Assembly (NCBI GenBank): GCA_043823065.1
Contig: JBDRBB010000025.1
Span: 276 to 64,275, forward strand
Direction: 5' to 3'
DNA from: Pseudomonadota bacterium
GTDB lineage: Bacteria; UBA10199; 2-02-FULL-44-16; DYJF01
DNA length: 64,000 nt
Numbering within the stretch: the first letter of the stretch is position 1; every line of letters starts with the position of its first letter. Of the stretch, positions 27,386 to 36,211 are shown one piece after another. Below the pieces are notes generated by a model, which saw only the letters and a list, made by a program, of their open reading frames with translations, searched no databases and had not been told where the DNA came from. The position numbers were made by a program, and so were the translations under genes.

Positions 27386-28224
27386 TGTTTATCATTAGAA
27401 AAGCAGTTTTATACATAATGTTTATTTTATGCGCCATACCCACTGTGATCATGGCCTTTTACAGCTCCTATATTTTTTCCCTCCTTCATGGAAACAAGAC
27501 AGTTAATTTAAAATTCCATGCAGAAAATTTCATTTATTTGATGATAATCTGCATTCTGTTTTTAGGTGCGGTCTTGTTAATTGTATATGTAAAAAGCAGA
27601 AAAGTATTTCGCGAGTTAAATAAAATTTCAATATTAGTACAACAAGGCGGGCCGCATGCCAATGTTGCTCAGTACTTAAGCCGTTTGGGCAAGTTAGGTG
27701 AAAAAATTAATACTATTTTTTTTCAACTCACTGAATTAAATGAAATGAAATCCTTAAAAATTAGTTCTTTGGGAAATTTAAATCATTTTTTAGTGGATAA
27801 TATGCAGCTCAAAGTGATTTTGCTCAATCCCCTAGGCCGCATTACCCAATGCAGTAAAAAAGTTTTACTCAAACTGGAAACAACCAACAATTACCTCTTA
27901 GATCATAATATCGGAGAAATCATCAGTGATCTCAAGTGGGAGGAGATTATTTCTGAGCTGAACAAAACCAGAAACAGTGTTGTGCGCGAAAAGTTGACCT
28001 TTAAAGATCCTCTTAAATATAAGGGCGACTTGGTTTTTTATCCCATCTTTGACATGCGTAATAACCTGTCTATTATTGCTGGCATACTGGAAGAAGATGA
28101 AATTACAAGTGAACTTGCTATTAAAACCTCTCATATAAATGGCGAAAAAAAGAAAAAACCAGGCCACTTAATTCAAGCTTTAGTTAGAAAAGCAGGGGAG
28201 CTCACTTCGCGCAAAAAATCTTGA
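27385..28224 (+). CDS. hypothetical membrane protein (two N-terminal TM helices)
   Basis: No recognisable motifs. Possibly a degenerate sensor. Confidence 0.4.
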   Translation: MFIIRKAVLYIMFILCAIPTVIMAFYSSYIFSLLHGNKTVNLKFHAENFIYLMIICILFLGAVLLIVYVKSRKVFRELNKISILVQQGGPHANVAQYLSRLGKLGEKINTIFFQLTELNEMKSLKISSLGNLNHFLVDNMQLKVILLNPLGRITQCSKKVLLKLETTNNYLLDHNIGEIISDLKWEEIISELNKTRNSVVREKLTFKDPLKYKGDLVFYPIFDMRNNLSIIAGILEEDEITSELAIKTSHINGEKKKKPGHLIQALVRKAGELTSRKKS

Positions 28225-28228
28225 TATT

Positions 28229-29116
28229 TTAGGTGCGTACATTTGGCGCAGAATCTCCATCACCAACTGGCGGAGAAATTTGCATAATACCAACACCTGC
28301 GCCCACAATAATTATTGCCCCGACAATTGACCAAACATCCGGCACTTCAGCAAAAAAGATTAAACCAATCAAGTAGGAACCAATAACTGAAATATAACCA
28401 AATGGCGCTACTGTAGAAGCTTTTTCATGATGAAAAGCCTGAACCAGGAAAAGTTGAGCTGCCGTAATAGTGGTCCCCATGGCCAGCAGCCAGACCCATT
28501 CCCCAAAAGTTGGCCATATGAAATTACGCAAGGCCAAAGGCGCGATAACCACACTAACAAAAAGCGCGAAATGAAAAGAAATAATATATACTGAATCGCT
28601 CTCACGCAATTTGCGCGTATAAACCAAAGACAGGGTAGCTAAAAAAGCAGCTAATAACGCATAAATTGAAACACTATGCAAAATATTCAGACCTGGCTTA
28701 AGAATCATGCTGATCCCGCCAAAGGCAATAACCACAAACACAAACTGAAGTTGCCTAAATGGTTCTTTAAGCATCAAAGGCGCTAAGAAAGCCATAAAAA
28801 TAGGAAGCGTATTAAGCAAGGTCACCACATTACCAATCTGGGAATTGACCATGGCGTAAAAAGCACAGCACATGGCTCCAAAACCAGTTAAACAACGCAG
28901 AAAAATATTGGTCCAGTGTTTACCCTTAAAGGTGCGATGAAAATAATAAGTAAGGGGCATCAAGATAATTAAAGAAATAAAACCGCGAAAAAAAATAATT
29001 TCAACCAAAGGCAGGCGATTACCCAAAAACTTGATACTGGCCCAAGCAGCTACAAAAAAAAGCTGGGCCAGAACCATAGCAAAAACACCTTTAGCTGCTA
29101 GTATTCTTTTGACCAT
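28229..29116 (-). CDS. EamA/DMT-family transporter
   Basis: Ten hydrophobic helices with a duplicated EamA pattern. Confidence 0.65.
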   Translation of the reverse strand: MVKRILAAKGVFAMVLAQLFFVAAWASIKFLGNRLPLVEIIFFRGFISLIILMPLTYYFHRTFKGKHWTNIFLRCLTGFGAMCCAFYAMVNSQIGNVVTLLNTLPIFMAFLAPLMLKEPFRQLQFVFVVIAFGGISMILKPGLNILHSVSIYALLAAFLATLSLVYTRKLRESDSVYIISFHFALFVSVVIAPLALRNFIWPTFGEWVWLLAMGTTITAAQLFLVQAFHHEKASTVAPFGYISVIGSYLIGLIFFAEVPDVWSIVGAIIIVGAGVGIMQISPPVGDGDSAPNVRT

Positions 29117-29390
29117 AGGAATTAACTTTTACTATTAGATTGAGCACAGAACAAGAGGAAAACTTATCCACCATGCATCAATTGGCTCTCGGCCAAGTCT
29201 TCTCACCTCCCTCAGACTTTTACGAAACTATTAGCAGCTTGAATTATGTCGGTCCGGATTCGAAGACCTGCCCTACGCCAATTGCTACATGGATTTCACA
29301 CAGCTGAATAGCCCGGTTGAGTGCGCCTGCTTTGAAGACCTTGTCCCCTGCGGGAATTTTAAACTTAGGCGAGGGCATCTAGCACGCAGA

Positions 29391-30971
29391 TTATTCAAAT
29401 GCATCCATTACCATTTGCAAACCAGCGCCTGATGGTGGTGCGTAATCTGTGTTAAGTAGCTGCATTTGTGCAAAATTTCTAGCTTCTGGATTGGTGCGAA
29501 TTTCTTCTTGGCCAATTTTGGCCAAATATATGCCGCCAACTATGGCTACTAACGCTGCGCCCACCCAGCCACCAGCAATTACTAAACCTTCAGTTAAACT
29601 TGCTTCTGTACTAATTAAACCAGCGCCAATTAAATATTCTCTAGCACCTGCAATTAAAAAAGTAGATGTTAAACCATCAAAAAGTAAATCTTGTGGTGAA
29701 TCAGGGGCTTGGTCCCAACTTAAGCCTGATTCCTGCCTAATGTGTCTAACTGAAGCAAATGTGGCTACTCCACCAAAAGCGCCTCCGCCAAGCAATTGCA
29801 AGGCTGAACCTAAAGACACGCCTTCAGCTAATAAGGCACCTAAACCGCTGCCTAGCATTCCCAGAATCGCGCCCATTCTTTCTTCATTACTTAAAGGCCG
29901 GCCGCGTAAATTTTCACTACCCATATCTGCAGCAAAAAAAGCTAGGGGTGTAAAAAAATCCACACCGCGAAAACTAGTGGCAAAACCTTCCATCCTAAAA
30001 ACTTCTGGACGAACATATCTTATTCTCATTGAACCCATTCTTTGAACATCATTATGAATGCGTAAAAGCTCTACAGCATGGGGCGGCAAACAATCTGTAG
30101 CCACACCAGGGAGAGCCTGTCGAAAATTTCCACCACGGTTTAAGTTTTCAATTAAGGAAGGCGTATCTGCAGTAGTCAGCAAAGGGTTATGCTCACTAAA
30201 TAAAAGCCTTATAGCATAAGACCTCATCAATTCAGGGCCTGTTATAAAATGGGCTCTGCCCATAACTTCTGGATGTCTATTAGCAAGGTCAGCAATTCTA
30301 GCTTCATCAACAATAATACGCACTGGATATTGGGTGGGTTCATTTGCCACTTCAAAGCTAGGCACAACTGCCATCAGCCTTGGCGTATTATCCCTTAGTC
30401 CATTTTGTTCAATATTCTCTGCTAAAAAACGAGCAAAATTCACAAAACCTCGAGTTTCTGGATTAATCCCATCTGGCCCTGCAGGATGCCAGCGCCAGTC
30501 CAAAAGATCCATAACCCGGTTGGCCTTAAAAAAATTTCTTGTCTCCCCAGTTAAGTCTCTTAAAAGAGCTGTACTGCGCGGACTAGCTTTTAGCTGTCTG
30601 GGTTCTGGAACAAGATTAAAAATACTATTTATTCCTGGACGGGCTATTTCTGAAAACTCACTACCTACTGAAGCTTCCACAAATATAATTTGCCGCGGAT
30701 ATTCCCAGAGTCCAAAACGAATATTACCTTCTGGAGGAACCCTGGTTATGTCATAAGTTAAGTGTCCTGCTGAATTCTCATTATATTCAATAGCATAAAC
30801 ATTACCCTGTCCCCTTTTAGACAAAACCATACCGCGCGGAATAGCCCTGTGAATATCATGACTTCTTAAAAACTCAGCAAGCGCATCTGGAATTTCTATG
30901 GTTGGTCTAGCTACTGGGGCCATGCTTGGTCCCCTAGTTACAACTATAGATCCTTCACTTCCACTAAACAT
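29391..30971 (-). CDS. hypothetical 526-aa protein with a C-terminal glycine-zipper membrane region (effector/toxin-like)
   Basis: No signal peptide. Arg-rich, unlike the Lys-rich neighbours. The C-terminal 150 aa is Gly/Ala-rich amphipathic (GMLGSGLGALLAEGVSLGSALQLLGGGAFGGVATF...GGWVGAALVAIVGGIYLAKIG). Confidence 0.45.
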   Translation of the reverse strand: MFSGSEGSIVVTRGPSMAPVARPTIEIPDALAEFLRSHDIHRAIPRGMVLSKRGQGNVYAIEYNENSAGHLTYDITRVPPEGNIRFGLWEYPRQIIFVEASVGSEFSEIARPGINSIFNLVPEPRQLKASPRSTALLRDLTGETRNFFKANRVMDLLDWRWHPAGPDGINPETRGFVNFARFLAENIEQNGLRDNTPRLMAVVPSFEVANEPTQYPVRIIVDEARIADLANRHPEVMGRAHFITGPELMRSYAIRLLFSEHNPLLTTADTPSLIENLNRGGNFRQALPGVATDCLPPHAVELLRIHNDVQRMGSMRIRYVRPEVFRMEGFATSFRGVDFFTPLAFFAADMGSENLRGRPLSNEERMGAILGMLGSGLGALLAEGVSLGSALQLLGGGAFGGVATFASVRHIRQESGLSWDQAPDSPQDLLFDGLTSTFLIAGAREYLIGAGLISTEASLTEGLVIAGGWVGAALVAIVGGIYLAKIGQEEIRTNPEARNFAQMQLLNTDYAPPSGAGLQMVMDAFE

Positions 30972-30985
30972 AACGATCTCCTATC

Positions 30986-31060
30986 TGTGTCATCCCTGCG
31001 AAGGCAGGGATCCAGAACATATTGATATTACTAGCTGGATTCCTGCCTTCGCAGGAATGA
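30986..31060. repeat. inverted pair of about 26-bp hairpin repeats (TGTCATYCCTGCGAAGGCAGGRATCC) in a divergent promoter region
   Basis: 30986..31012 tgtcatccctgcgaaggcagggatcc, and 31035..31060 is its near-perfect reverse complement. Each copy is itself a hairpin (ccctgc gaag gcaggg). Confidence 0.6.
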
Positions 31061-31206
31061 TCAGCATAAAACTATCGGTTTATGTTAAAAAAAGTTGCTA
31101 ACTATATTGTTTTTATTTGTTTTTCAAGCAATTATCCAGTTTTTGGCTTTACATAAGGCTCAAATTCTGCATAAGTACGCAGAATTAATCAAAAAAGAGG
31201 TGTAAA

Positions 31207-31593
31207 ATGGCTAATGAAAATCAAATTCTTTCTTTTTGTGGCAAATGCAAAGAACCAACCATGCATGAAATTTTAGATATGGTTGATGAAGAAATTGCAG
31301 GCAAGTGCCTTTGCAGTATTTGCCAGGCTAAACATAATTATCGCGATCCAGTGACCAAGAAAACGCCTAAAAAAGGTAAGCCCAAAGGTCCAGCTCCTGA
31401 AAAAGTTTGGAAACAAGCTCTGGATCAAGCTGGCGGACAAGCCAAAAATTACTCAATGAAAACCCAATTTGAACCAGGCCAACTCATTGAGCACAAAACC
31501 TTTGGCAAAGGCGTGATTGAAGAAGTGATTAATGAAAAAAAGATTCGCGTGGTGTTTGAAGCTGGCACAAAAATTTTAGTGCACAATCAATGA
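31207..31593 (+). CDS. small zinc-ribbon protein, function unknown
   Basis: CGKC...CSIC four-Cys motif, a Lys/Pro linker and a C-terminal small beta-rich domain. Good SD (aaaagagg). Confidence 0.4.
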   Translation: MANENQILSFCGKCKEPTMHEILDMVDEEIAGKCLCSICQAKHNYRDPVTKKTPKKGKPKGPAPEKVWKQALDQAGGQAKNYSMKTQFEPGQLIEHKTFGKGVIEEVINEKKIRVVFEAGTKILVHNQ

Positions 31594-32534
31594 GGATTGT
31601 CACTCATATCCAAGTGCCTGGACTTAAAACCATAACCCATTACATCGCTAACTTCAGTTAAGATGATAAATGCATCTGGATCAATTTTACGCACCCAATC
31701 TCTTAAAATATTGGTCTGCCGGCGATTGATTACGCACATCACAATCTTTTTCTTTTTATGAGAATAGGCCCCTTCACCATAAAAATAGGTTACTCCCCTA
31801 CCTAATTTATCCATTAAAGATTCAGCAATTTCTTCTGACTTGTCGGTAATGACAAAAACCCCTTTAGTATAGGGCAAACCTTCTGCAGTTAAATCGCAAA
31901 CCTTGGAAGCTAAAAATAAATTAAAAAGTCCCCAAATAATTATATTGGGATTTTTAAAAACAATGCCAATGAGAAAAATAATTCCGGTTTCAATTACCAA
32001 ATAACCAGTGGTGATGGACATATTGTAATATTTTTTTAGAATGGCCACTGGAATATCTGTGCCGCCAGTGGAACCTTTTGCCCTAAAGATAATCCCGATT
32101 CCAGCGCCTAAAAGAATTGAACCAGCCAGAGCAGCCAGCAAGATATTGTCAGTCATAGCCCACTCGTGTATGGGCTTGCCCTGATTATACTGCTCTAAAA
32201 TTTTCTGCATAAAACTCAGCTTATAAATATTTTTTACCGCCAATAAATCAGTAAACACTGAGCCTAACAAAAATCCAGTAAATGTGCCCATACCGAATTG
32301 TTTACCAACCAACCACACGCCCAAAACAAACAAAGGGATATTCATGGCTAGCATACACACACCAGCAGGAATGCCAAAAAAGTGATAAAAAATCTGGCTT
32401 AAACCACCAACGCCGCCTGGCGCAATTTTATAAGGAATTAAAAACCAGGCATAACCCATGCCGTAAATAATGGAGCCAATTATAATACCAATAGAATTGC
32501 GAATAAAGTGTCGGTGATGAATAATATTTAACAT
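31587..32534 (-). CDS. YitT-family membrane protein (DUF161 + DUF2179)
   Basis: GYAWFLIPYKIAPGGVGGLSQI (YitT N-terminal motif) and a C-terminal DUF2179 soluble domain. Confidence 0.7.
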   Translation of the reverse strand: MLNIIHHRHFIRNSIGIIIGSIIYGMGYAWFLIPYKIAPGGVGGLSQIFYHFFGIPAGVCMLAMNIPLFVLGVWLVGKQFGMGTFTGFLLGSVFTDLLAVKNIYKLSFMQKILEQYNQGKPIHEWAMTDNILLAALAGSILLGAGIGIIFRAKGSTGGTDIPVAILKKYYNMSITTGYLVIETGIIFLIGIVFKNPNIIIWGLFNLFLASKVCDLTAEGLPYTKGVFVITDKSEEIAESLMDKLGRGVTYFYGEGAYSHKKKKIVMCVINRRQTNILRDWVRKIDPDAFIILTEVSDVMGYGFKSRHLDMSDNPH

Positions 32535-33817
32535 ATTTCCTCACTAGTATTTAAGGTTTGGTCAGACAACATTTCATCTTGTCTAGAAACTTTACGGCGA
32601 AATCTTTTTACAATAATAATCGTGATATATATCCAAACTAGGCACAAAACTAAAATCAACCAGGTGGTCAAGCTTTCAGCATGCAAAGCAATCAGACCCA
32701 TTAATAGAACAGATACGCCCACCTTGGCCAGGCGATACATAAACATATCAATAATAGACTTGCCCTGGGTTTTTTCCACATAACTAAGTGGGATATAAAG
32801 CATCTCTCTGGCAAATTTATAAATACTATAATCAAAACATTTACTGGCTACTTTCAAACCTGCGCCAGTCATAAACAAAGGCACAATGGCAAAAATTCCC
32901 ACGCCAGAACCCAGCAAGACCGGCACTATTAAAAGCACCAAAGGTACGCCAGCAAGTCTTAGCACTGGGCCGGTTAAAATATTTAGACCCATGGTTGCTA
33001 TTTCAATTACTGCGTAAACAATGCCAATCATGCGCGTGCGCTGATCCAAATCGGCAAAAGCTTGTTCCAGAATGCCGTTAAATTCAAAATCAATTAAGGT
33101 AATCACCAGCTGCACTAACAACACCAAGAGCAAAATCAAAGAAAGATATGAACTTTTTCTCATCACACCTACTGCATCTCTTAAGTGCACTGTTTTTTCC
33201 TGCTGATGATGCACCACTTCACCACTAGCAACCTTGGCAAAAAACAGACAAAAAACCCAACTGATCAGAAGAATAGGTACAATCAACCAAAGCAAGTGTA
33301 GGCTACCAAAATATGCTGCTAAATAACCAACCGCCAGGTTTCCCAAAAAAGCGCTACTAGAAGCCATGACTCCAAAAAAACCATAAGCCCAACGCGCGGT
33401 TTTAATGGGAAATACCGAATTGGCAAAACTATAAAAAATTACCACCAGAACTACAATGTAAATATCTTTCCAAACATACAGGGCATAAAAACTTCCCGGC
33501 AGTTTATACTGGCAAGCTAAAATCATACCTACTAACAAGATAGCGCTGATCGCGCAAACATTACCCATCAAGTGCATTAAATCCATGCGCGCCAAGTTGC
33601 GCACATAAATCCAAAGGGTTAAAAACATACCCAAGCCGACAAAAAACCAAACCTGCGGCAAAGCCTTGCTAGTATGGACTTGCAAAAATAAAGATTCAGT
33701 AGCTGGACGCGCCAAAGAATAGGTTAACAAGAGTATAAAAGCCAAAAAACTTAAGCCTGCAAAGCGAATTTTCTTTAAGATTTGGGGATTTTTTAGATCC
33801 ATAATTGCCAGTTGCAT
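32528..33817 (-). CDS. 12-TM transporter, possibly TLC/NTT (ATP:ADP antiporter-like) family
   Basis: 429 aa with about 12 TM helices. The N-terminal LTYSLARPATESLFL resembles the TLC-family F-N-Y-T-I-L-R-D-T-K-D-x-L block. The family assignment is tentative and it could be a divergent MFS. Confidence 0.35.
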   Translation of the reverse strand: MQLAIMDLKNPQILKKIRFAGLSFLAFILLLTYSLARPATESLFLQVHTSKALPQVWFFVGLGMFLTLWIYVRNLARMDLMHLMGNVCAISAILLVGMILACQYKLPGSFYALYVWKDIYIVVLVVIFYSFANSVFPIKTARWAYGFFGVMASSSAFLGNLAVGYLAAYFGSLHLLWLIVPILLISWVFCLFFAKVASGEVVHHQQEKTVHLRDAVGVMRKSSYLSLILLLVLLVQLVITLIDFEFNGILEQAFADLDQRTRMIGIVYAVIEIATMGLNILTGPVLRLAGVPLVLLIVPVLLGSGVGIFAIVPLFMTGAGLKVASKCFDYSIYKFAREMLYIPLSYVEKTQGKSIIDMFMYRLAKVGVSVLLMGLIALHAESLTTWLILVLCLVWIYITIIIVKRFRRKVSRQDEMLSDQTLNTSEEIC

Positions 33818-33976
33818 TATGCTATTTATTGTTTATTGTCAGCAAAAAATAGGTGTCGCCTCTGGCGACCACCGTTTCTCCTCTCCCTTGATGGGAGAGG
33901 CAGGGTGAGGGTGATAATTGATACAGTTAATCACCCTCCCCTTAATCCCCTCCCCTCAAGGGAGGGGAAAAATCAT

Positions 33977-34735
33977 ATGACTACTATAAATAGTATTGTT
34001 CTCTTCCTCAATCAAGAACTTAACATCCACAAGATTGCTGATACTTCGCGTAATGGCCTGCAAGTCAAGGCTGGGCCTAAACATATTCAAAAAATAGCTT
34101 TTGCAGTTGATGCTAGCTTGGAAACTTTCAAGTTGGCGAAAAAGGCTGGCGCAGATTTGCTCATCGTTCACCATGGAATTTTTTGGAAAGGCGCTAAAGA
34201 TAGCACTGGCACCAGAAAAACCCGCCTTACTCAGCTTAAAAAATTCAAACTTCATCTATATGCCTGTCACCTGCCTTTGGATATGCACCCAGAATGTGGC
34301 AACAACATTGGTTTGGCCAGAATTTTGGGTCTGCATAATCTTAAACCTTTTGGTAAATATCACGGCCTGGCTATTGGCTTTCAAGGTAAATTTAAAAAAC
34401 CTGTTTCACTAAAAAATCTGACCTCGGTTTTAAACCGCACCCTTAACACCAGAAGCATCTTGCTAAATTTTGGCAAACCCAAGGTTAAATCAATCGGCAT
34501 TGTCAGCGGTGGTGGCGGTTCAGTTGTCGCCAATCTAAAAAAAGAAAAAGTTGATTGTTTTATTACTGGCGAAGCACAGCATTATGTTTATCATGAAGCC
34601 AAAGACATGAAACAAAATATTATTTTAGCCGGGCACTATGCCACAGAAACCGTGGGGGTAAAGCTGCTCATGCCTTTGCTGCAAGAAAAATTTAAGCTTA
34701 AAACCATTTTTATTGGCTATCCCACAGGGTTTTAA
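33977..34735 (+). CDS. Nif3-family dinuclear metal-centre protein (YqfO/YbgI-like)
   Basis: Start moved to ATG 33977 (MTTINSIVLFL) behind the SD gggagggg. LIVHHGIFW (the HHP/G motif) and a C-terminal GHYATE are Nif3 hallmarks. Confidence 0.75.
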   Translation: MTTINSIVLFLNQELNIHKIADTSRNGLQVKAGPKHIQKIAFAVDASLETFKLAKKAGADLLIVHHGIFWKGAKDSTGTRKTRLTQLKKFKLHLYACHLPLDMHPECGNNIGLARILGLHNLKPFGKYHGLAIGFQGKFKKPVSLKNLTSVLNRTLNTRSILLNFGKPKVKSIGIVSGGGGSVVANLKKEKVDCFITGEAQHYVYHEAKDMKQNIILAGHYATETVGVKLLMPLLQEKFKLKTIFIGYPTGF

Positions 34736-34752
34736 ACTAGTGGAGGAATATC

Positions 34753-35502
34753 ATGCACCCCTTTTGGTGGATTATAGGCAGCGTTACCTTAATTAGCATT
34801 GTCTCCTTGGTAGGAGCAACTACTCTGTTACTAACTGCTTCCAGGATGAAATTAGTTCTCTACGTGTTGGTTGGTTTTTCAGCAGGCGCCATGATGGGTG
34901 GCGCTTTTCTTCATCTTCTGCCAGAGGCCTTAACTCAACTGTCTTCGCTCAAAGTTTTTATAACTATGCTTTTTGGCTTTTCCCTGTTTTTCCTCTTGGA
35001 AAGATTAATTCTTTGGCACCATTGTCACGATGAAATCTGCAAAGTGCATCCTTTTACTTATCTTAATCTCCTTGGCGATGGAATTCACAATTTTATTGAT
35101 GGCTTTATTATTGCCACTGCTTATTTAATAAATATCGAAGTTGGCCTGGTCACCACCTTAGCCATTATCCTGCATGAAATCCCCCAGGAGCTAGGAGATT
35201 TTGGAGTTTTAGTATATGGCGGTTTTCGCCCCAGACGCGCGCTGTTCATGAACTTTATGACTGCAGTGGCAGCAGTAATTGGAGCAATTATTGGATATTT
35301 GTTACACAATTTAGTTGGCAGCTATTTAGCCTATGTGCTGCCCTTTGCTGCTGGCAATTTTATTTACATTGCTGGCTCAGATCTAATTCCAGAATTACAC
35401 AAAGAACCTCAGCTTTCAAAATCAGTATTAGCCTTCAGTATGTTTATTGCCGGGCTACTTTTAATGGCTATTTTAAAACTTAATTTGGACGGAGCTCACT
35501 AG
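34753..35502 (+). CDS. ZIP-family zinc/iron permease
   Basis: HEIPQELGDFGVL matches the ZIP signature HEIPHELGDFAIL, with 7-8 TM helices. Confidence 0.8.
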   Translation: MHPFWWIIGSVTLISIVSLVGATTLLLTASRMKLVLYVLVGFSAGAMMGGAFLHLLPEALTQLSSLKVFITMLFGFSLFFLLERLILWHHCHDEICKVHPFTYLNLLGDGIHNFIDGFIIATAYLINIEVGLVTTLAIILHEIPQELGDFGVLVYGGFRPRRALFMNFMTAVAAVIGAIIGYLLHNLVGSYLAYVLPFAAGNFIYIAGSDLIPELHKEPQLSKSVLAFSMFIAGLLLMAILKLNLDGAH

Positions 35503-35515
35503 AAAAGGAGTCGTC

Positions 35516-36184
35516 ATGACAGTTAAAAAAGCTGATATTCGCGAAAAGTTAAAAGATGTCTGTAATATTTTTCATCTTTTAGATGGCGATAAAAAAGAAG
35601 AACTAAACCTTTTACAAGTTGAGCCAGATGCTATTGTAGTTGATGCACCAGAACACTTGCCAAAAAATAAAAACATCAAAGGTTATATTCAAAAATTAAG
35701 TTTAGAACTTTTCTATGCAGTGGAAGGTATTGTGAGCGAACCCTTGCCTGGCCAAAAACCCAAGACTCTGCGTATTATTGTAGATCCTGATAGCATTAGA
35801 AGTTTTGATCGTCGTATTTATCCCAGACACGTACTGCGCGAACCAGTGGAAGCCATGGTCACTTCCTATGATGAAATGGAAGCCTTAATTGGAGCAATCA
35901 TTAATCTCAGCCCTGCTGGCTTGCGCGTGGAAGTGCCAGAGCGCTTAAACATGGAAACCAGATATACTTTTAGCTTTGAGCTGGATTTTAGGAGCCAAAC
36001 TTATTCTTTAGCTTTAACTGGCACGCCAGTTTCTGAAACCAGGCTTAGTGAAACCTGGGTTTATGGCGTGTGGTTAGGAGAAGGCAAAGATGATCGCCAG
36101 GTTATTATTGAAGATGAAGAAACTGATACCTGGAAGAAGATAGATTTAATGGAGTTGGTGAACAAGCTAATAAAATGCAGTTAA
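35516..36184 (+). CDS. PilZ-domain protein (putative c-di-GMP receptor)
   Basis: RRIYPRH (RxxxR) and NLSPAGLRV (D/NxSxxG) PilZ motifs in the C-terminal half. Confidence 0.55.
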   Translation: MTVKKADIREKLKDVCNIFHLLDGDKKEELNLLQVEPDAIVVDAPEHLPKNKNIKGYIQKLSLELFYAVEGIVSEPLPGQKPKTLRIIVDPDSIRSFDRRIYPRHVLREPVEAMVTSYDEMEALIGAIINLSPAGLRVEVPERLNMETRYTFSFELDFRSQTYSLALTGTPVSETRLSETWVYGVWLGEGKDDRQVIIEDEETDTWKKIDLMELVNKLIKCS

Positions 36185-36211
36185 GGAGAAGGCTTAGTAA
36201 TTTGTTTTTGC

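Noticed and set aside
29211-29290. tmRNA- or tRNA-like fragments in the GC-rich non-coding segment: ...attagcagcttga (could encode ...LAA followed by a stop) next to ggattcgaa (T-loop-like)
   Set aside because: I could not assemble a complete tRNA-like acceptor/T-arm or a CCA end on either strand. The order of the elements does not fit a standard tmRNA, and the supposed tag (TFTKLLAA) has no resume-codon context. It is most likely chance similarity. Aragorn or tRNAscan on 29117..29390 would settle it.
29449-30045. 198-aa + strand ORF with a Lys/Pro/Ala-rich translation
   Set aside because: It sits fully inside the 526-aa gene on the minus strand. Its repetitive composition comes from the Gly/Ala codons on the other strand.
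33812-33976. The ORF track extends the Nif3-family gene 55 codons upstream (MHYAIYCLL...GKNH)
   Set aside because: That extension runs through a highly structured hairpin array and has no RBS. A strong SD (gggagggg) precedes the internal ATG at 33977, where the conserved Nif3 N-terminus begins.
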